The notes below the pieces were generated by a model. The model searched no databases, was not told the DNA's origin, and saw only the letters and a program-made list of their open reading frames with translations. Of a stretch of 64,000 nt of DNA, positions 34,247 through 45,047 are shown one piece after another. Source of the DNA: Nematocida ausubeli (Eukaryota). Within the stretch, counting starts at the first letter, position 1. Each line of letters opens with the position of its first letter. Location of the stretch: positions 518,882 to 582,881 of the forward strand of contig NW_026515638.1 of the NCBI RefSeq assembly GCF_000738915.1, read 5' to 3'. A program made the translations under genes and the position numbers.

Positions 34247-34715
34247 TTCCAAGGGAGACTAGAACGTAAATTTTTTCAAATTTATTCAGATAGACAACAG
34301 CACATACTTGCAGTGCAGTAGTTGAAATTATTATATGCAGCAGGGAAAATAGTGGGAATTCTGTATAATAGCATATCTATTGAAAGAATCAGATTTACAA
34401 AACAAAGTGTGTATTTAGGCTATAAAGATGCTTTTAGTATGCATGAAATCGTTTAATGTACATGCATTTGGCACTCTAGACAATACACATAGTTTCTTCC
34501 ACTTTAACACCTCTGACTATACACTACTACTGAGGGTGCCTCTTAAGTAGCATACTATAAAAGTACAGAAAGAAAAGTAAAGAGAATAATATATTCATAT
34601 TTGCATTATAAATAGTAAGGAAGATGCAGGGCATAGACTGTCTCTCTGCATGTACTATATAAGGTTGTGCAAGTGCCCGTATAAATATGAAAAAAATATG
34701 CTATTTTTATTCTGG

Positions 34716-35225
34716 ATGGAGAATACGTGCTTCAGAGATTCTCTCTGGCTTCAGGAGAATATTCTGACGAAGGATACAGTCACAGAGTACTTCTCATACT
34801 CCCAGTTCTACGATAAGAACTGCAATAATGAAGTGCTTAAGATGCAGAATATTCATCAGAGCGCGCAAGACCTAGAGACTTTCTTGAGTAAAATGTGCGG
34901 GGTGCAGTACACAATCACATACGCGTTAGAGCCAGCTCTCTTTATTATTAAGAAATGTGAAAGGCTTTCTCCTGAAAAAGTCAGAGTTATTGACTACTTC
35001 TACGTAATGAACGGAACAGTCTACCAGGCACCAACCGAGAAAGAAGTCTTTTCCACGCGATACACAAACATTCTATTCTCAATGTTCAGCTCATTAGAGA
35101 ATATGCCGTTTCTTGTGCGAGCTCCGTCTGCGCAGACTGAAAAAAGAAAGGGTGTAAGCATAGGGCGCATGTCTGGCCTGTTTAATGCGTACGCAGCAGA
35201 TTATATGGAGAATAAACAGCCATAA
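34716..35225 (+). CDS. MED6: Mediator subunit 6
   Basis: FRDSLWL...V.EYFSYSQFYDKNCNNEVLKMQ, EPALFIIKK, YVMNGTVYQAPT. Confidence 0.92.
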   Translation: MENTCFRDSLWLQENILTKDTVTEYFSYSQFYDKNCNNEVLKMQNIHQSAQDLETFLSKMCGVQYTITYALEPALFIIKKCERLSPEKVRVIDYFYVMNGTVYQAPTEKEVFSTRYTNILFSMFSSLENMPFLVRAPSAQTEKRKGVSIGRMSGLFNAYAADYMENKQP

Positions 35226-35998
35226 CCCTGCAGAACAACAGCACAAAGAAGATGCTCAAATTGCGCCTTCACTGCATAAAGAATAGAAAGACTAAAGAGC
35301 ACAGTGGCACAGAAGAAAAGCGCTTAGAGAAAGGCTTAGTAGAAGAAGCGTAGATAAAAGACAGAAAATGAGCATACTTCTAGATCAGGTGAATTAAATG
35401 CGCGAGTACCAGAGTTGCAAGAATCTTTAATAAAACCAGACACTCAAAGCCAGTATGGCCTAAAACACAGAATATTATTCACTTTTGCACGTTCGTGATA
35501 CTTTTTGCAATCTCATAAAAGCATTTGGAAAACAAAAGAGTAGCTAGTACGGCTGCACTAGGCCATCGATTAGACTGGCTAGGCCTATTCATATATAACC
35601 CGAACCCGAATAATATTAAGAGGTATAGAATATATATGCTAAGCCATCTACTGTTTGCTCCATAATAAACGTAGATTTAAATAAATGCACACGTGTGTAT
35701 GAAAGAAATAAGAGTAAAATTAGTTTAAACCACTGGGATTTAGTGTGCATTTGTACAGCATATGTTATAATGATTTATTTATAGCCTTCTATGTATATAG
35801 GCGTGCCATCCTGGTATTCTTGTGGGTTGTGCATGGCTGGGTTTACGGCAATACATTCTGCATATAGCTAATCCATTGTAATTTATATCTAGCAATTATA
35901 ACCCCTAATTGGAGAGCGTCTGGCGTAGTGCCTACAACCATATTAAGCAGCGCCTATTTAATACCTCTGCAAATTGTTTTATGCAGAAAGCTGTGCGT

Positions 35999-36649
35999 CT
36001 ACTCGTCTGGTGTTAGATTCTCTTTGAGTAAGGGGCTGTTCAGGCTCTTTTCAATCTGCACCTCCCACCGCCGAATTCTATTTATGGCAGCAATGGACTT
36101 TACTATAACTTTTTCCTTTGCCTTAAACTTAACAACAATGCTTGACTCAACCAAGGGATCTGTCTCTGCTGCGTGCTGTTTTACTAAATCACGCATATCT
36201 GACACGTACCCCTCTGCCATTCGGAGGAGCTCCTTCTCATCAAGATACATTTGGTCAACATATCTTTCTACTTTTCCTATGAGAGACCTTCTTTCCTGCT
36301 TGAGCATGTTTGCAGCATTTGCTATTGACTGAAATCTTTGCACTATCTCATCAGGCTCTGGCACGCTATTCATACCTGTTTTAAAGTACGTCGATGGATT
36401 GCTCGACATCTCAGAGCCATTCGGGTCTATGTACTTATGGAGCCGCATATAGACCTTTGACTTAAACGAAGGGAATGTCTGCATTAGCTTCTCAAATACT
36501 TGCAAAAAAGAGTCCATATTTTTCATTGGAGGCTTGCTGTGCCGCGATGGCATGATATCGTCTGGATTAATTTCTACTCTAGCTGTGCCCAGAGAACTAT
36601 GCAAAATGAGCGCTATTATTTGAATACCTCGTCGGACAGTTATTTTCAT
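35999..36649 (-). CDS. Hypothetical secreted helical protein (216 aa)
   Basis: Signal-peptide-like MKITVRRGIQIIALILHSSLGTA; charged helical body. Confidence 0.7.
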   Translation of the reverse strand: MKITVRRGIQIIALILHSSLGTARVEINPDDIMPSRHSKPPMKNMDSFLQVFEKLMQTFPSFKSKVYMRLHKYIDPNGSEMSSNPSTYFKTGMNSVPEPDEIVQRFQSIANAANMLKQERRSLIGKVERYVDQMYLDEKELLRMAEGYVSDMRDLVKQHAAETDPLVESSIVVKFKAKEKVIVKSIAAINRIRRWEVQIEKSLNSPLLKENLTPDE

Positions 36650-36964
36650 TACTTTTGAGCGTGTTAATTTCCTTATATGGAAGGTAAAACTTTGTTATGT
36701 AATCTACAAATAGTTTTGTTTCTGCAGGGGGGTTTAAGCCACAGGCGATCTATATTGGCAGGAAGCATACATATCCTAGTAAATATACCTCAGCCAGAAG
36801 AGCCCAAACCAGAAAGATGCAGCAAGGCGTAAATATGTGCACACTGCAATAAATATCAGTACTCGTATTTCCAGCTTGTAGTTGCCTAACTAAGAATAGT
36901 AGAAGAATAATCTATGCAAGTACTGGCTTTTAAGTGCCGTTTTCTTTTTCTTTTTATTTATCCA

Positions 36965-37906
36965 ATGGTAGACAAATACCTCTCCAGGATAGAGAATTAT
37001 CACAGTATTCAGGGCCTTAAGAAACAATCAGAGTGGGAGATAGGCAGACAGGCAACTTCTATCTGTTTGGCAGGGAGTACACTGTATTCAGGCACTCGGG
37101 ATGGAGATGTATTTGTGTATGAAGGGTCTAACTACATCGAGAGATTCTTTGTTGCGCCATCCCGGATAGTCAGCATGGCAAGCACACCCCACGGAACAGA
37201 CAAAAAAGGCATAGTTATTCTGCATGAAGATGGAACTATTTCGCACGTGCATGAAAGACAAGGGCATGCAGGCAAGATAGATGGGTTCATCAATGGAGTT
37301 ATACACACAGATAGGTCATGGGTGGTCTCTAGCACAGACACGGGAGTATGTGTTTTTGACTATAATAAACAGTCTCCTCAGTACGGGTGTGCAAAAAAGC
37401 AGAAAATGCAAATATCAAGGACACAAGCCGTAGAGACAGAAAAAAAAGTATTTGCAGTGCACCCAGATGGAAACTGTGTGCTTATGTGCGATGGAACGGC
37501 TAGGCTATTCGATTTAAGAAGCATGCGCGAAGAGATGGAGATAAGCAATATTAAGAATATAAAGGCAGCACTATTTCACACCTCCCGGATAGAAATGATT
37601 GTGTCTGAGGAGCGCACGATTAAAACAATTGACATAAGAAATGTTCGCATGATAAGAAAGATAAAAACCAAGAAAACTGCTGCCTGCCTGCATGAGTATA
37701 AGGATGGTCTTTTCTTCTCTGGCATAGATATGTTTACGCGGGGCGTCTGTCCTGTTACAGGAAAGTCTCTCTTTGTTTTGGAGGCCTCTGCTCGGCTTAT
37801 TGCATCAGATGAAAATCTGGCTCTTCTAAGTCCAGAAAAAGTGGTTACTATTTATGGTGAAGGCATAAAAGACAGAACAAAGAATGACCATCAAGCTGAA
37901 TCATAA
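36965..37906 (+). CDS. Divergent WD40/beta-propeller protein
   Basis: Beta-strand repeats LYSGTRDGDVFVY, DGTARLFDLRS, TIKTIDIRN. ATG at 36965. Confidence 0.65.
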   Translation: MVDKYLSRIENYHSIQGLKKQSEWEIGRQATSICLAGSTLYSGTRDGDVFVYEGSNYIERFFVAPSRIVSMASTPHGTDKKGIVILHEDGTISHVHERQGHAGKIDGFINGVIHTDRSWVVSSTDTGVCVFDYNKQSPQYGCAKKQKMQISRTQAVETEKKVFAVHPDGNCVLMCDGTARLFDLRSMREEMEISNIKNIKAALFHTSRIEMIVSEERTIKTIDIRNVRMIRKIKTKKTAACLHEYKDGLFFSGIDMFTRGVCPVTGKSLFVLEASARLIASDENLALLSPEKVVTIYGEGIKDRTKNDHQAES

Positions 37907-38524
37907 TTTCACTGCAACAAAAGACTATATTCTGCAGTAATCACAGCCAATGACCATACAAAAGTAGATGTTTTGCACATATGTATTTTCCACACATAAT
38001 TTAGAAATTGCCAAAATAAGCCCTTTACTATGAAAAGATCAAAAGCAGAATATATGCATACATAGAGCCTATTAGTTGACAGGCATCTTCATTCAAATAG
38101 ATAGTAGGCTTAGGCGCATAAGACAATAAATATCATAGAAATATAACCCTAAAATCATCACTTAAATAGGCTAGTAATCTTATACAAAACTATATGAATA
38201 TTCATAGGAAAATTACTACTTTCATAGACCCGAAATTATTTCAGAGCTGTCAAAAAAAGACACTTCCCATTAATATTCTGCACAGAAATTAAAAATGCAA
38301 AGTAAGACAATTTCTACTAATCATGCAGTGGAATATAGGTGTAAGTGTAAGACGAGAACGCATTGGAAACAAAGTTTAAAAAATAAATACACTGCTTCTT
38401 TCAAGTCTATTTTCCCTTCTATTTCAAGTTCTATTTTTAGTAAAGCAAGAGTGTGCTCTGGCCATATGACATGTAAAGAGGCGTATATCCATTAGATATT
38501 TATTGTCTAGTCTAGCAGTTAGTT

Positions 38525-38962
38525 CTACATTCTGCCAGGAGCAAGGCCTGCAAGCAGTGCCTCAAAGGGCGTATTCTCAAATATCTTTGCCACATCCATT
38601 ATGTATGCTGGGACTTCCTTATTAACTAAATACTTTGCCAGGTTGTTCGAGAAGTGATTGCAGTTATTTCTAATGATGTGATATGTTTGTTCCGTGTATA
38701 GCTCGTCTATTTTCTTTAGGTACGAAGTTAGTTCTTCTTCTGTCACGCATGTTTCCCCCAGCTCAATCTTTCTGGCAGGAGCCCCAAAGGGAGATGTTCC
38801 AGGGCGGTCAGCTCGGATGCCAGACATAAAGTAATACTCCTTCCCAAAAAGATGCAAGGATGTGTGCCAAATGCCCTGTATGTCCACTCCAAGCACGCCT
38901 CTGATCATTGCCACTGCAGAGTCATTTCCAATATTGTATACCCACAACTCGACGCGCTGCAT
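38525..38962 (-). CDS. PPPDE/DeSI-family deSUMOylating isopeptidase
   Basis: VELWVYNI, GIWHTS (catalytic His), YHIIRNNCNHFS (catalytic Cys), P.YI...TPF. Confidence 0.92.
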   Translation of the reverse strand: MQRVELWVYNIGNDSAVAMIRGVLGVDIQGIWHTSLHLFGKEYYFMSGIRADRPGTSPFGAPARKIELGETCVTEEELTSYLKKIDELYTEQTYHIIRNNCNHFSNNLAKYLVNKEVPAYIMDVAKIFENTPFEALLAGLAPGRM

Positions 38963-38995
38963 AAACACAAATTGTAATATTTTCTTTTATTTCGG

Positions 38996-39805
38996 ATGAA
39001 CAGGTGGAAGTTTGAAGACTTTGAAATCGGTGCATCGTTGGGGCGAGGGAAGTTTGGAAAAGTGTACCTGGCCCGGGAGAAGAAGTCTGGTTTCATTGTC
39101 GCACTAAAAATATTGCTAAAAACGGAAATCACTGAATGCAATGCAACAAAGCAGGTCAGAAGAGAGATCGAAATACAGAGCCACATGAAGCACGATAATA
39201 TACTAAGGCTGTACGGATACTTCTACGATGACCTGAGTGTGTACATCATATTAGAGTATGCAGCAAAGGGAGAGATGTTCAAGTTGCTCCAAAAGAAGAA
39301 AAGGTTCACAGAGCAGGAGGCAGCCAAGTACATAGCAGAAATGGCGCACGCCCTAAAGTACATTCACACGAAAAACGTGATACACAGGGACATTAAGCCC
39401 GAGAATATTCTAATTGGAGCAGACAACAAGCTGAAAATTGCAGACTTTGGGTGGGCAGTGCACAACATAGACAGCAAAAGGTACACATTCTGCGGCACAA
39501 TGGACTATCTTCCACCAGAGATGGTCTGCCACCAGAAGCACGATAAGTATGTGGATATATGGGGCATTGGTGTGCTTGCGTACGAGTTTGTGGTAGGAAA
39601 CCCGCCATTTGAGGCAAAGGGAAGTACAGACGAGACATTCAAGAGGATAAAATCGATTGAGTTTACGTTTCCAACCTACCTATCAAATGCGTGTAAAGAC
39701 TTCATTTCAAAATTACTTGTACGAGAGCCTGCAGGAAGACTCTCGATAGACCAGATACTATCTCATAGATGGATAAAAACAAATACCAGAGTAAGGAAGG
39801 AGTAG
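38996..39805 (+). CDS. IPL1: Aurora kinase (kinase domain only, 269 aa)
   Basis: W.FEDFEIG..LGRGKFGKVYLARE, QVRREIEIQSH, HRDIKPEN, ADFGWAVH, TFCGTMDYLPPEM. Confidence 0.96.
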   Translation: MNRWKFEDFEIGASLGRGKFGKVYLAREKKSGFIVALKILLKTEITECNATKQVRREIEIQSHMKHDNILRLYGYFYDDLSVYIILEYAAKGEMFKLLQKKKRFTEQEAAKYIAEMAHALKYIHTKNVIHRDIKPENILIGADNKLKIADFGWAVHNIDSKRYTFCGTMDYLPPEMVCHQKHDKYVDIWGIGVLAYEFVVGNPPFEAKGSTDETFKRIKSIEFTFPTYLSNACKDFISKLLVREPAGRLSIDQILSHRWIKTNTRVRKE

Positions 39806-39914
39806 CTTTTATCTGTGGAATCCCAGAGTGTGAAATAATATGTACTCGATCCATTTGAGAATAAATTAATTCTGATCATGTTTTCATTTGAATGCATGCA
39901 TTTTTTTATTTACG

Positions 39915-41960
39915 ATGGGAAGCACAGCAAGTAAGTGCGTGTCTAGTTCACTGCATGTAATAAAGGTGAAGAAAGGTTCAGCTGCAGACAGGCACAGAAT
40001 ACTTCCGATCCTGCACTACATCACGCAGGTGAACGGAGAGTGTGTTCAAAATGAAAAAGACATCCGTAGGATAACAGAAGCATGGGAGGCAGGACAGGTG
40101 CAGCTCCTTATATATGATGCCAGGTCAAAAAAGGAGTCTGTTGTAGAGATGACCAGAAAGGACAGAGAAAATATTGGGTTTAGCATTAAGCTGCACAAAG
40201 GCGAAATGGTCCCACAGACATTCCGGATTCTGGACGTGGAGTACAACTCGCCTGCCTTGGAGTCAAGGCTAAGAAAGGACGAAGACTATATCATTGGGCA
40301 CGAAAAGGGTGCATTTGTCTCTGAAGATGAATTTGAGCACGTTCTGCTCAGCCATAAAGGCGCACCGCTCATTCTGCAGGTGTACAATATAGGGATGCTT
40401 AGCATAAGAAAGGTAAAAATATCCCCGACCCAGCAGGGCGAGATTGGGTGCAGTCTGGGGGGTGGCATACTAAATGAAGTTCCGTATACTGAGGCAAGAA
40501 TCGATCTGGTGGAGAAGACAGAGTGCTCTTATAAAGGCGAGAAGGCGGCTAAGGAAAAGGACAGTGCAAGCAGCATAAATGAATCTCAGAAGAGTGGCCC
40601 TGTCCCTAGTCTTCCAGACTCACATGCAGAAGAAAGCACCCAGATGGAGGAAGTGCCTATTGATTCCCCGAGTGCAGTCCTTCAGAGTGAGCAGGAGACA
40701 GCTGCAGAGCAAAACACAGTGAGAGAAAAGAGCAAAGAAGAAAAAGAGGCAGAAGAAAAAATGACAGCAAGTATACAGGAAATGCGGATCCACAATGCAT
40801 GTGATATATCCAGCGCATCTGCCCTATCATATTCCAACGAGGGGGAAGAAGAGGAAAGACAGCTAGAGAAAGACCTACACCAGTCCTTATGTGAAACAAA
40901 TGGATTTAACGAACAAGTAGTTTCTCCCAATGCAAGTGCGTTAGAAGATGCACCAATGAATGCGCCTGTCATAGATCACATCACAAGGATCTCCAATTCA
41001 GAATATAACGATATTTTAGGTGAGTGCGATATCCAAGGAATGCAAGATAATTCTGTTAACACACTCTATGGTTATGATAATTCTGCAAATATCGCGTCGT
41101 ATATGCTAAACGGACAAGATAAAGATATGTACAACTACTCTAATCTGCCAGGCATGGATGCGTACAGTGGTTATGATGCACCATACAACCAGTATTTGTA
41201 TAATGAAGGCGAAGAGATTGCCGCACAGCGAAGAGAGCTGCAGAGTCTTCGTGAAAAAGAACTTCGTGAGCGGGAGAGTGCTGTTCTTATGGAGATGCCC
41301 CGGGAGTACTACATGCAGGAGTGGCCTGCCCCAGAGAAGAACTATGCACAAGAAGCCATCTATCAGCCAAGCACACCGAAAGAACCAGAGCCAGTGCAGA
41401 AATCAGAACCCGAGCAGAAACCAGAGAAGCCCAAGGTTCAATTAGAGCCGACTCACAGTGTAAAAGAAACATTCCGTGAAACAGTTAAAGAGTATAAAGA
41501 GATTCCAAAGAAAGAAGAGCATAAAAATAGCCCAAAAGAGACAGATAATCAGCCTAAGCCTAAGCCAGTGGCTTCTTCACCAGCACCAAAGAAACAAGAG
41601 TGTGCTAAAAGTCCGTTTAAACATTCAGAGTTTCGGGAAACACAGCCTGGACCACTTGCAAAATACATGCCTCTACATTATCAGGAAGACCAAGGACTAG
41701 GCGGCTGCGAGTCTTCTTTCCCACCTGCACAGCCACAATTTCAGCCCGAGTATCAGCCGCAGCTCCAACCGCATTTCCAACCGCATTTCCAACCGCAACT
41801 CCAGCCATATCCAGTGAAGAGAGAAAAAGAAGTGCAAAGCCAAAGAGAGGATGAAAGGGAAGAGGATGACCAATTGGCACGGCAGCCTCCAAAAGATCTT
41901 TTTTATCTGCAGCCAGGTGACGAGGGCTATGGAAATGATGGGTTTTCCGAGTACTTCTAA
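39915..41960 (+). CDS. GRH1: GRASP55/65 (Grh1) family Golgi reassembly-stacking protein with long acidic/Pro-rich tail
   Basis: Tandem PDZ-like GRASP motifs LHVIKV..GSAA, ILDVEYNSPA..L...DYIIG, GEIGCSLGGGILNEVP. Starts MGSTAS at the ATG at 39915. Confidence 0.85.
   Translation: MGSTASKCVSSSLHVIKVKKGSAADRHRILPILHYITQVNGECVQNEKDIRRITEAWEAGQVQLLIYDARSKKESVVEMTRKDRENIGFSIKLHKGEMVPQTFRILDVEYNSPALESRLRKDEDYIIGHEKGAFVSEDEFEHVLLSHKGAPLILQVYNIGMLSIRKVKISPTQQGEIGCSLGGGILNEVPYTEARIDLVEKTECSYKGEKAAKEKDSASSINESQKSGPVPSLPDSHAEESTQMEEVPIDSPSAVLQSEQETAAEQNTVREKSKEEKEAEEKMTASIQEMRIHNACDISSASALSYSNEGEEEERQLEKDLHQSLCETNGFNEQVVSPNASALEDAPMNAPVIDHITRISNSEYNDILGECDIQGMQDNSVNTLYGYDNSANIASYMLNGQDKDMYNYSNLPGMDAYSGYDAPYNQYLYNEGEEIAAQRRELQSLREKELRERESAVLMEMPREYYMQEWPAPEKNYAQEAIYQPSTPKEPEPVQKSEPEQKPEKPKVQLEPTHSVKETFRETVKEYKEIPKKEEHKNSPKETDNQPKPKPVASSPAPKKQECAKSPFKHSEFRETQPGPLAKYMPLHYQEDQGLGGCESSFPPAQPQFQPEYQPQLQPHFQPHFQPQLQPYPVKREKEVQSQREDEREEDDQLARQPPKDLFYLQPGDEGYGNDGFSEYF
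41730..41810 (+). repeat. 12-bp coding tandem repeat (QPxx x7) in the GRASP tail
   Basis: QPQF QPEY QPQL QPHF QPHF QPQL QPY; caaccgcatttc repeated exactly. Confidence 0.85.
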
Positions 41961-42021
41961 GAGAGCAAGCATTTTCTGCTGAACTCGTATAAATAAAGGA
42001 ATATTTTTATTTCGTGCGTAT

Positions 42022-42873
42022 ATGGTTGCAGTAACCGAATATGTGTTTACTGCATCGCAGTATTTTCGAGTTATTATATACGGGATGCTTATTCTATCTG
42101 GCAAGGTGTGCAGTGCACTGAAGAACTTAGCAGTAATACAGCACATAGGAGGAAAGGAGGGGGCAAAAATAATTCTGTTTAGCGTGTCGCAGATGGTTCT
42201 AAGCCTTCGGGAGATGCTTATTTTGCCTCTAGAGAAATACTATATTAAGAAGCAGGTTACAACTGTACATAATCAAATTATAGATGTTTTGGATGCAGAG
42301 CCAGATGCAGAAGAAAGCATATCTAAGCTTCTTGTAGAGAAAGCAGCAAAAATTAAAATAGCCGAGTCTCGCATCAAGTACCGCAAGAAGTATCTCGTGT
42401 ATGGGCTGAAGTCTATTCTTATTGTATATATGCTCTTCCAAATGGTCTATTATATTTTTGCTGCAACTCTTGTATTTCTAGTGGCTGACGTGTGCATTAA
42501 GCTCCGGGTGCAAAGAGAGGAGGAAGAAATTGCGCATATTATATGCGAATATGATGTAAAGCAGGACCACATGTATAGGTCCCTTCGTTATTTGGAAAAG
42601 CCTGCAGAGCAGTCCCCGACACACAGAGAAAAAGAAAGCATAGTAACGAAGGTTTTGGCAGAGCACAAAAAGAGCTATCAGGAATATCTGGTCCAGCATA
42701 TTCAGGCAACATTTATACGATCTGGATGGATAGTTCTGGGCTGTATTCTATTTCAGCTTTATTTCGCAGGATCTGTGCATCTTTTGCAGATAAGTGGAAA
42801 GAACACAGATTTATTCATTGTTATTTACAAAAAGATAGAAAAGCTAAGCAATGGCTTTATAAAATTCCTATGA
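42022..42873 (+). CDS. Hypothetical multi-pass membrane protein (283 aa)
   Basis: Several hydrophobic segments (LVYGLKSILIVYMLFQMVYYIFAATLVFLVA; WIVLGCILFQLYFAG). No family recognised. Confidence 0.7.
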   Translation: MVAVTEYVFTASQYFRVIIYGMLILSGKVCSALKNLAVIQHIGGKEGAKIILFSVSQMVLSLREMLILPLEKYYIKKQVTTVHNQIIDVLDAEPDAEESISKLLVEKAAKIKIAESRIKYRKKYLVYGLKSILIVYMLFQMVYYIFAATLVFLVADVCIKLRVQREEEEIAHIICEYDVKQDHMYRSLRYLEKPAEQSPTHREKESIVTKVLAEHKKSYQEYLVQHIQATFIRSGWIVLGCILFQLYFAGSVHLLQISGKNTDLFIVIYKKIEKLSNGFIKFL

Positions 42874-44069
42874 CCACAAACACTATAGAGACATGATATG
42901 CAGTGATAGTGAATGCAGATATAAAGCAGAAGTTAGACATCAGCAAGTACTTGAGCCACCAAGGCACAGCTTATTTCACCCTTCATTCAAGTTTAAATAT
43001 TTAGCGTATGCGATATAAGCTCTTATATCTCAAGCATAGGAAGCCTTAGCTCTATAAGTTCCTGAATACATGCAAAGACAAGTCTGCAGTGCACGCTAGG
43101 CTTAGTGTATTTTAGACTATGCACTAATCCTACGCAGTATGTACATGCCTGTTGTCGAGTTTCTCTGCCCTAAAGCATGTAACTCCTTCACTGGGCCAGA
43201 AGTGTAGGTGAATTCTATTTTAGATTATTTTGTTTTAGGTGCATGCCAGTGTGCCACAAATGCCACTGCTTTTCTACGCAAAGTCACTTTGTAACTTAGA
43301 CTCTTGGCCAATTTCTTCTATCTTTATGATCAAAGGATGTTTTCTGGAAAATATGTCTATATCTATATGATAATGAATGGGGTCTATAAATAGAGGATGA
43401 ATATAATAAAATATAAAGAATCATAATGTAAGCCTACGGTTTTAGAGAAAACTCAAATTGCCCAATGCAGGCTACATTTGGAAAGTACACATGGCATACA
43501 CTTGCTAGGAAGAAAGAAATAAATATTAAGTAAAAACTGCATAAATACATATGAAGTATTTTATTTCATTAGAATAGCATTCCAGCCGTACTTCTATGAT
43601 ATAGATGAATTAGCATAGACACTGCTAGTAATAATGTTTCATAGAGCCAAATATAACCAAAATACTTTATAAAATTATTCGGGCTATATCAGCATACTCA
43701 ATGTATACTCTTCTTTTGCTAATATTATTATCCTGGATGGCTTCCTTCCTGTTCTTCATCTTGTTGATATGTGTATTTCCGCTGGCTATTTTAAAATAGC
43801 AAGTCTGCTCTGAATATGTGCTTTGAATTCTGCCCCAGCCACTTTAGTTTAATACTCTTTGCTTCTGCAAGATTAGCGAAAAAAGAACATCTTCTTAGAA
43901 CAACTACTGCTGTAGCAAACAAAAAATTGCGAATTAAAATGCACTAGCATGGAGTGAAAACACTTTGAATAGCAATAATACCAGCACAGATGGTAATTAT
44001 GAGAACTGCAAATACTCATTTCATACAAGAAAGAACTTTAAAAGATGAATGATTTATCTTTATTCCCTA

Positions 44070-45047
44070 TTACTTATTCCTGTTAACTAATACGCCAATA
44101 ACAACACAGGCTACAACAATAACACCGCAACCTACAAGAATAGGCTTCCAGTATTGAGAAAGGAAACCACCTTTTTCCTGTTTTGTTGATGTATTTATCT
44201 CACCAACTAAATCAGATGTCCTAAACATACTACTGTATAATCCCTGTGCTACTGCTTTCATTTCCACTTTGCCCTTATCCTGGCAAGAATGTGGTGTAGA
44301 GATGTTAGAAATGTGTAAAAAGTATTCTTCTGCTAGCTTTCCATCGTTATACTTTGATACAAGATCATTTACACTATCTGGGTTTTCTGGCTCCAATGAA
44401 ACTGGAATACAAGACACACTAGAGGGATCTGGACCAAAGAATTCTTTGAGTTTTTGTTGGTTTACAGACATCTTCATGTCATGCGCAATACTACCTGACC
44501 CATCTTTTTTAAACTGCTCATCGGTGCATCCCTTCTTTAAAAACCTAATTGAATACTGGGCGTTACACAGATTTTCAAATGCGCTTTGGTGTTTCATAAA
44601 AGTACCCATGATAGTACTTTGGTCTATGGACATTTTTCCCGCATTTTCAGTATTCACAACAAGATTTATGATGTAGTTCATAGTAACAGAGTCCTCCACG
44701 CTTTCTTTCTGTGCATCTTCTGCTGGAGCACCGTCTGCTCCATCTGCTCCCTTTCCGCTTGCTGCTCCATCTGCTCCTTTTCCACCGGCTGCTTTGGTCT
44801 TGTTTGCTGGATTGCTTTCAGACTTACCACCTTTGCCTCCATTCACTCCATCGCCATCTTCTCCATCCTGGGCACTTTTATTATGCTTTTTTGCTGGAGG
44901 AGTCTCTTTAGTAAATGTGACACTATCTTTAGTGACAGCCACCAGATTTAAACCTGCATGACTATCTTGTACCTCAGTAGAAGCTAGCACCTTGAGCCCA
45001 AAAATATTCAACATTGCGAATCCTAAGCTTATCTTTGAGAACTTCAT
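44070..45047 (-). CDS. Type I membrane/surface protein with G/K/D/A-rich repeat linker (325 aa)
   Basis: Signal peptide, GKGADGA repeats, Cys-containing ectodomain, C-terminal TM (ILVGCGVIVVACVVIGVLV) and a short NRNK tail. Confidence 0.85.
   Translation of the reverse strand: MKFSKISLGFAMLNIFGLKVLASTEVQDSHAGLNLVAVTKDSVTFTKETPPAKKHNKSAQDGEDGDGVNGGKGGKSESNPANKTKAAGGKGADGAASGKGADGADGAPAEDAQKESVEDSVTMNYIINLVVNTENAGKMSIDQSTIMGTFMKHQSAFENLCNAQYSIRFLKKGCTDEQFKKDGSGSIAHDMKMSVNQQKLKEFFGPDPSSVSCIPVSLEPENPDSVNDLVSKYNDGKLAEEYFLHISNISTPHSCQDKGKVEMKAVAQGLYSSMFRTSDLVGEINTSTKQEKGGFLSQYWKPILVGCGVIVVACVVIGVLVNRNK

Noticed and set aside
33158..39805. Apparent functional clustering (UBA2 with DeSI; Aurora, CM1, RAE1; RPA135, RSA4, 5S, EMG1)
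   Set aside because: A reduced genome is dominated by such core genes, so proximity is expected by chance and there is no operon-like evidence.
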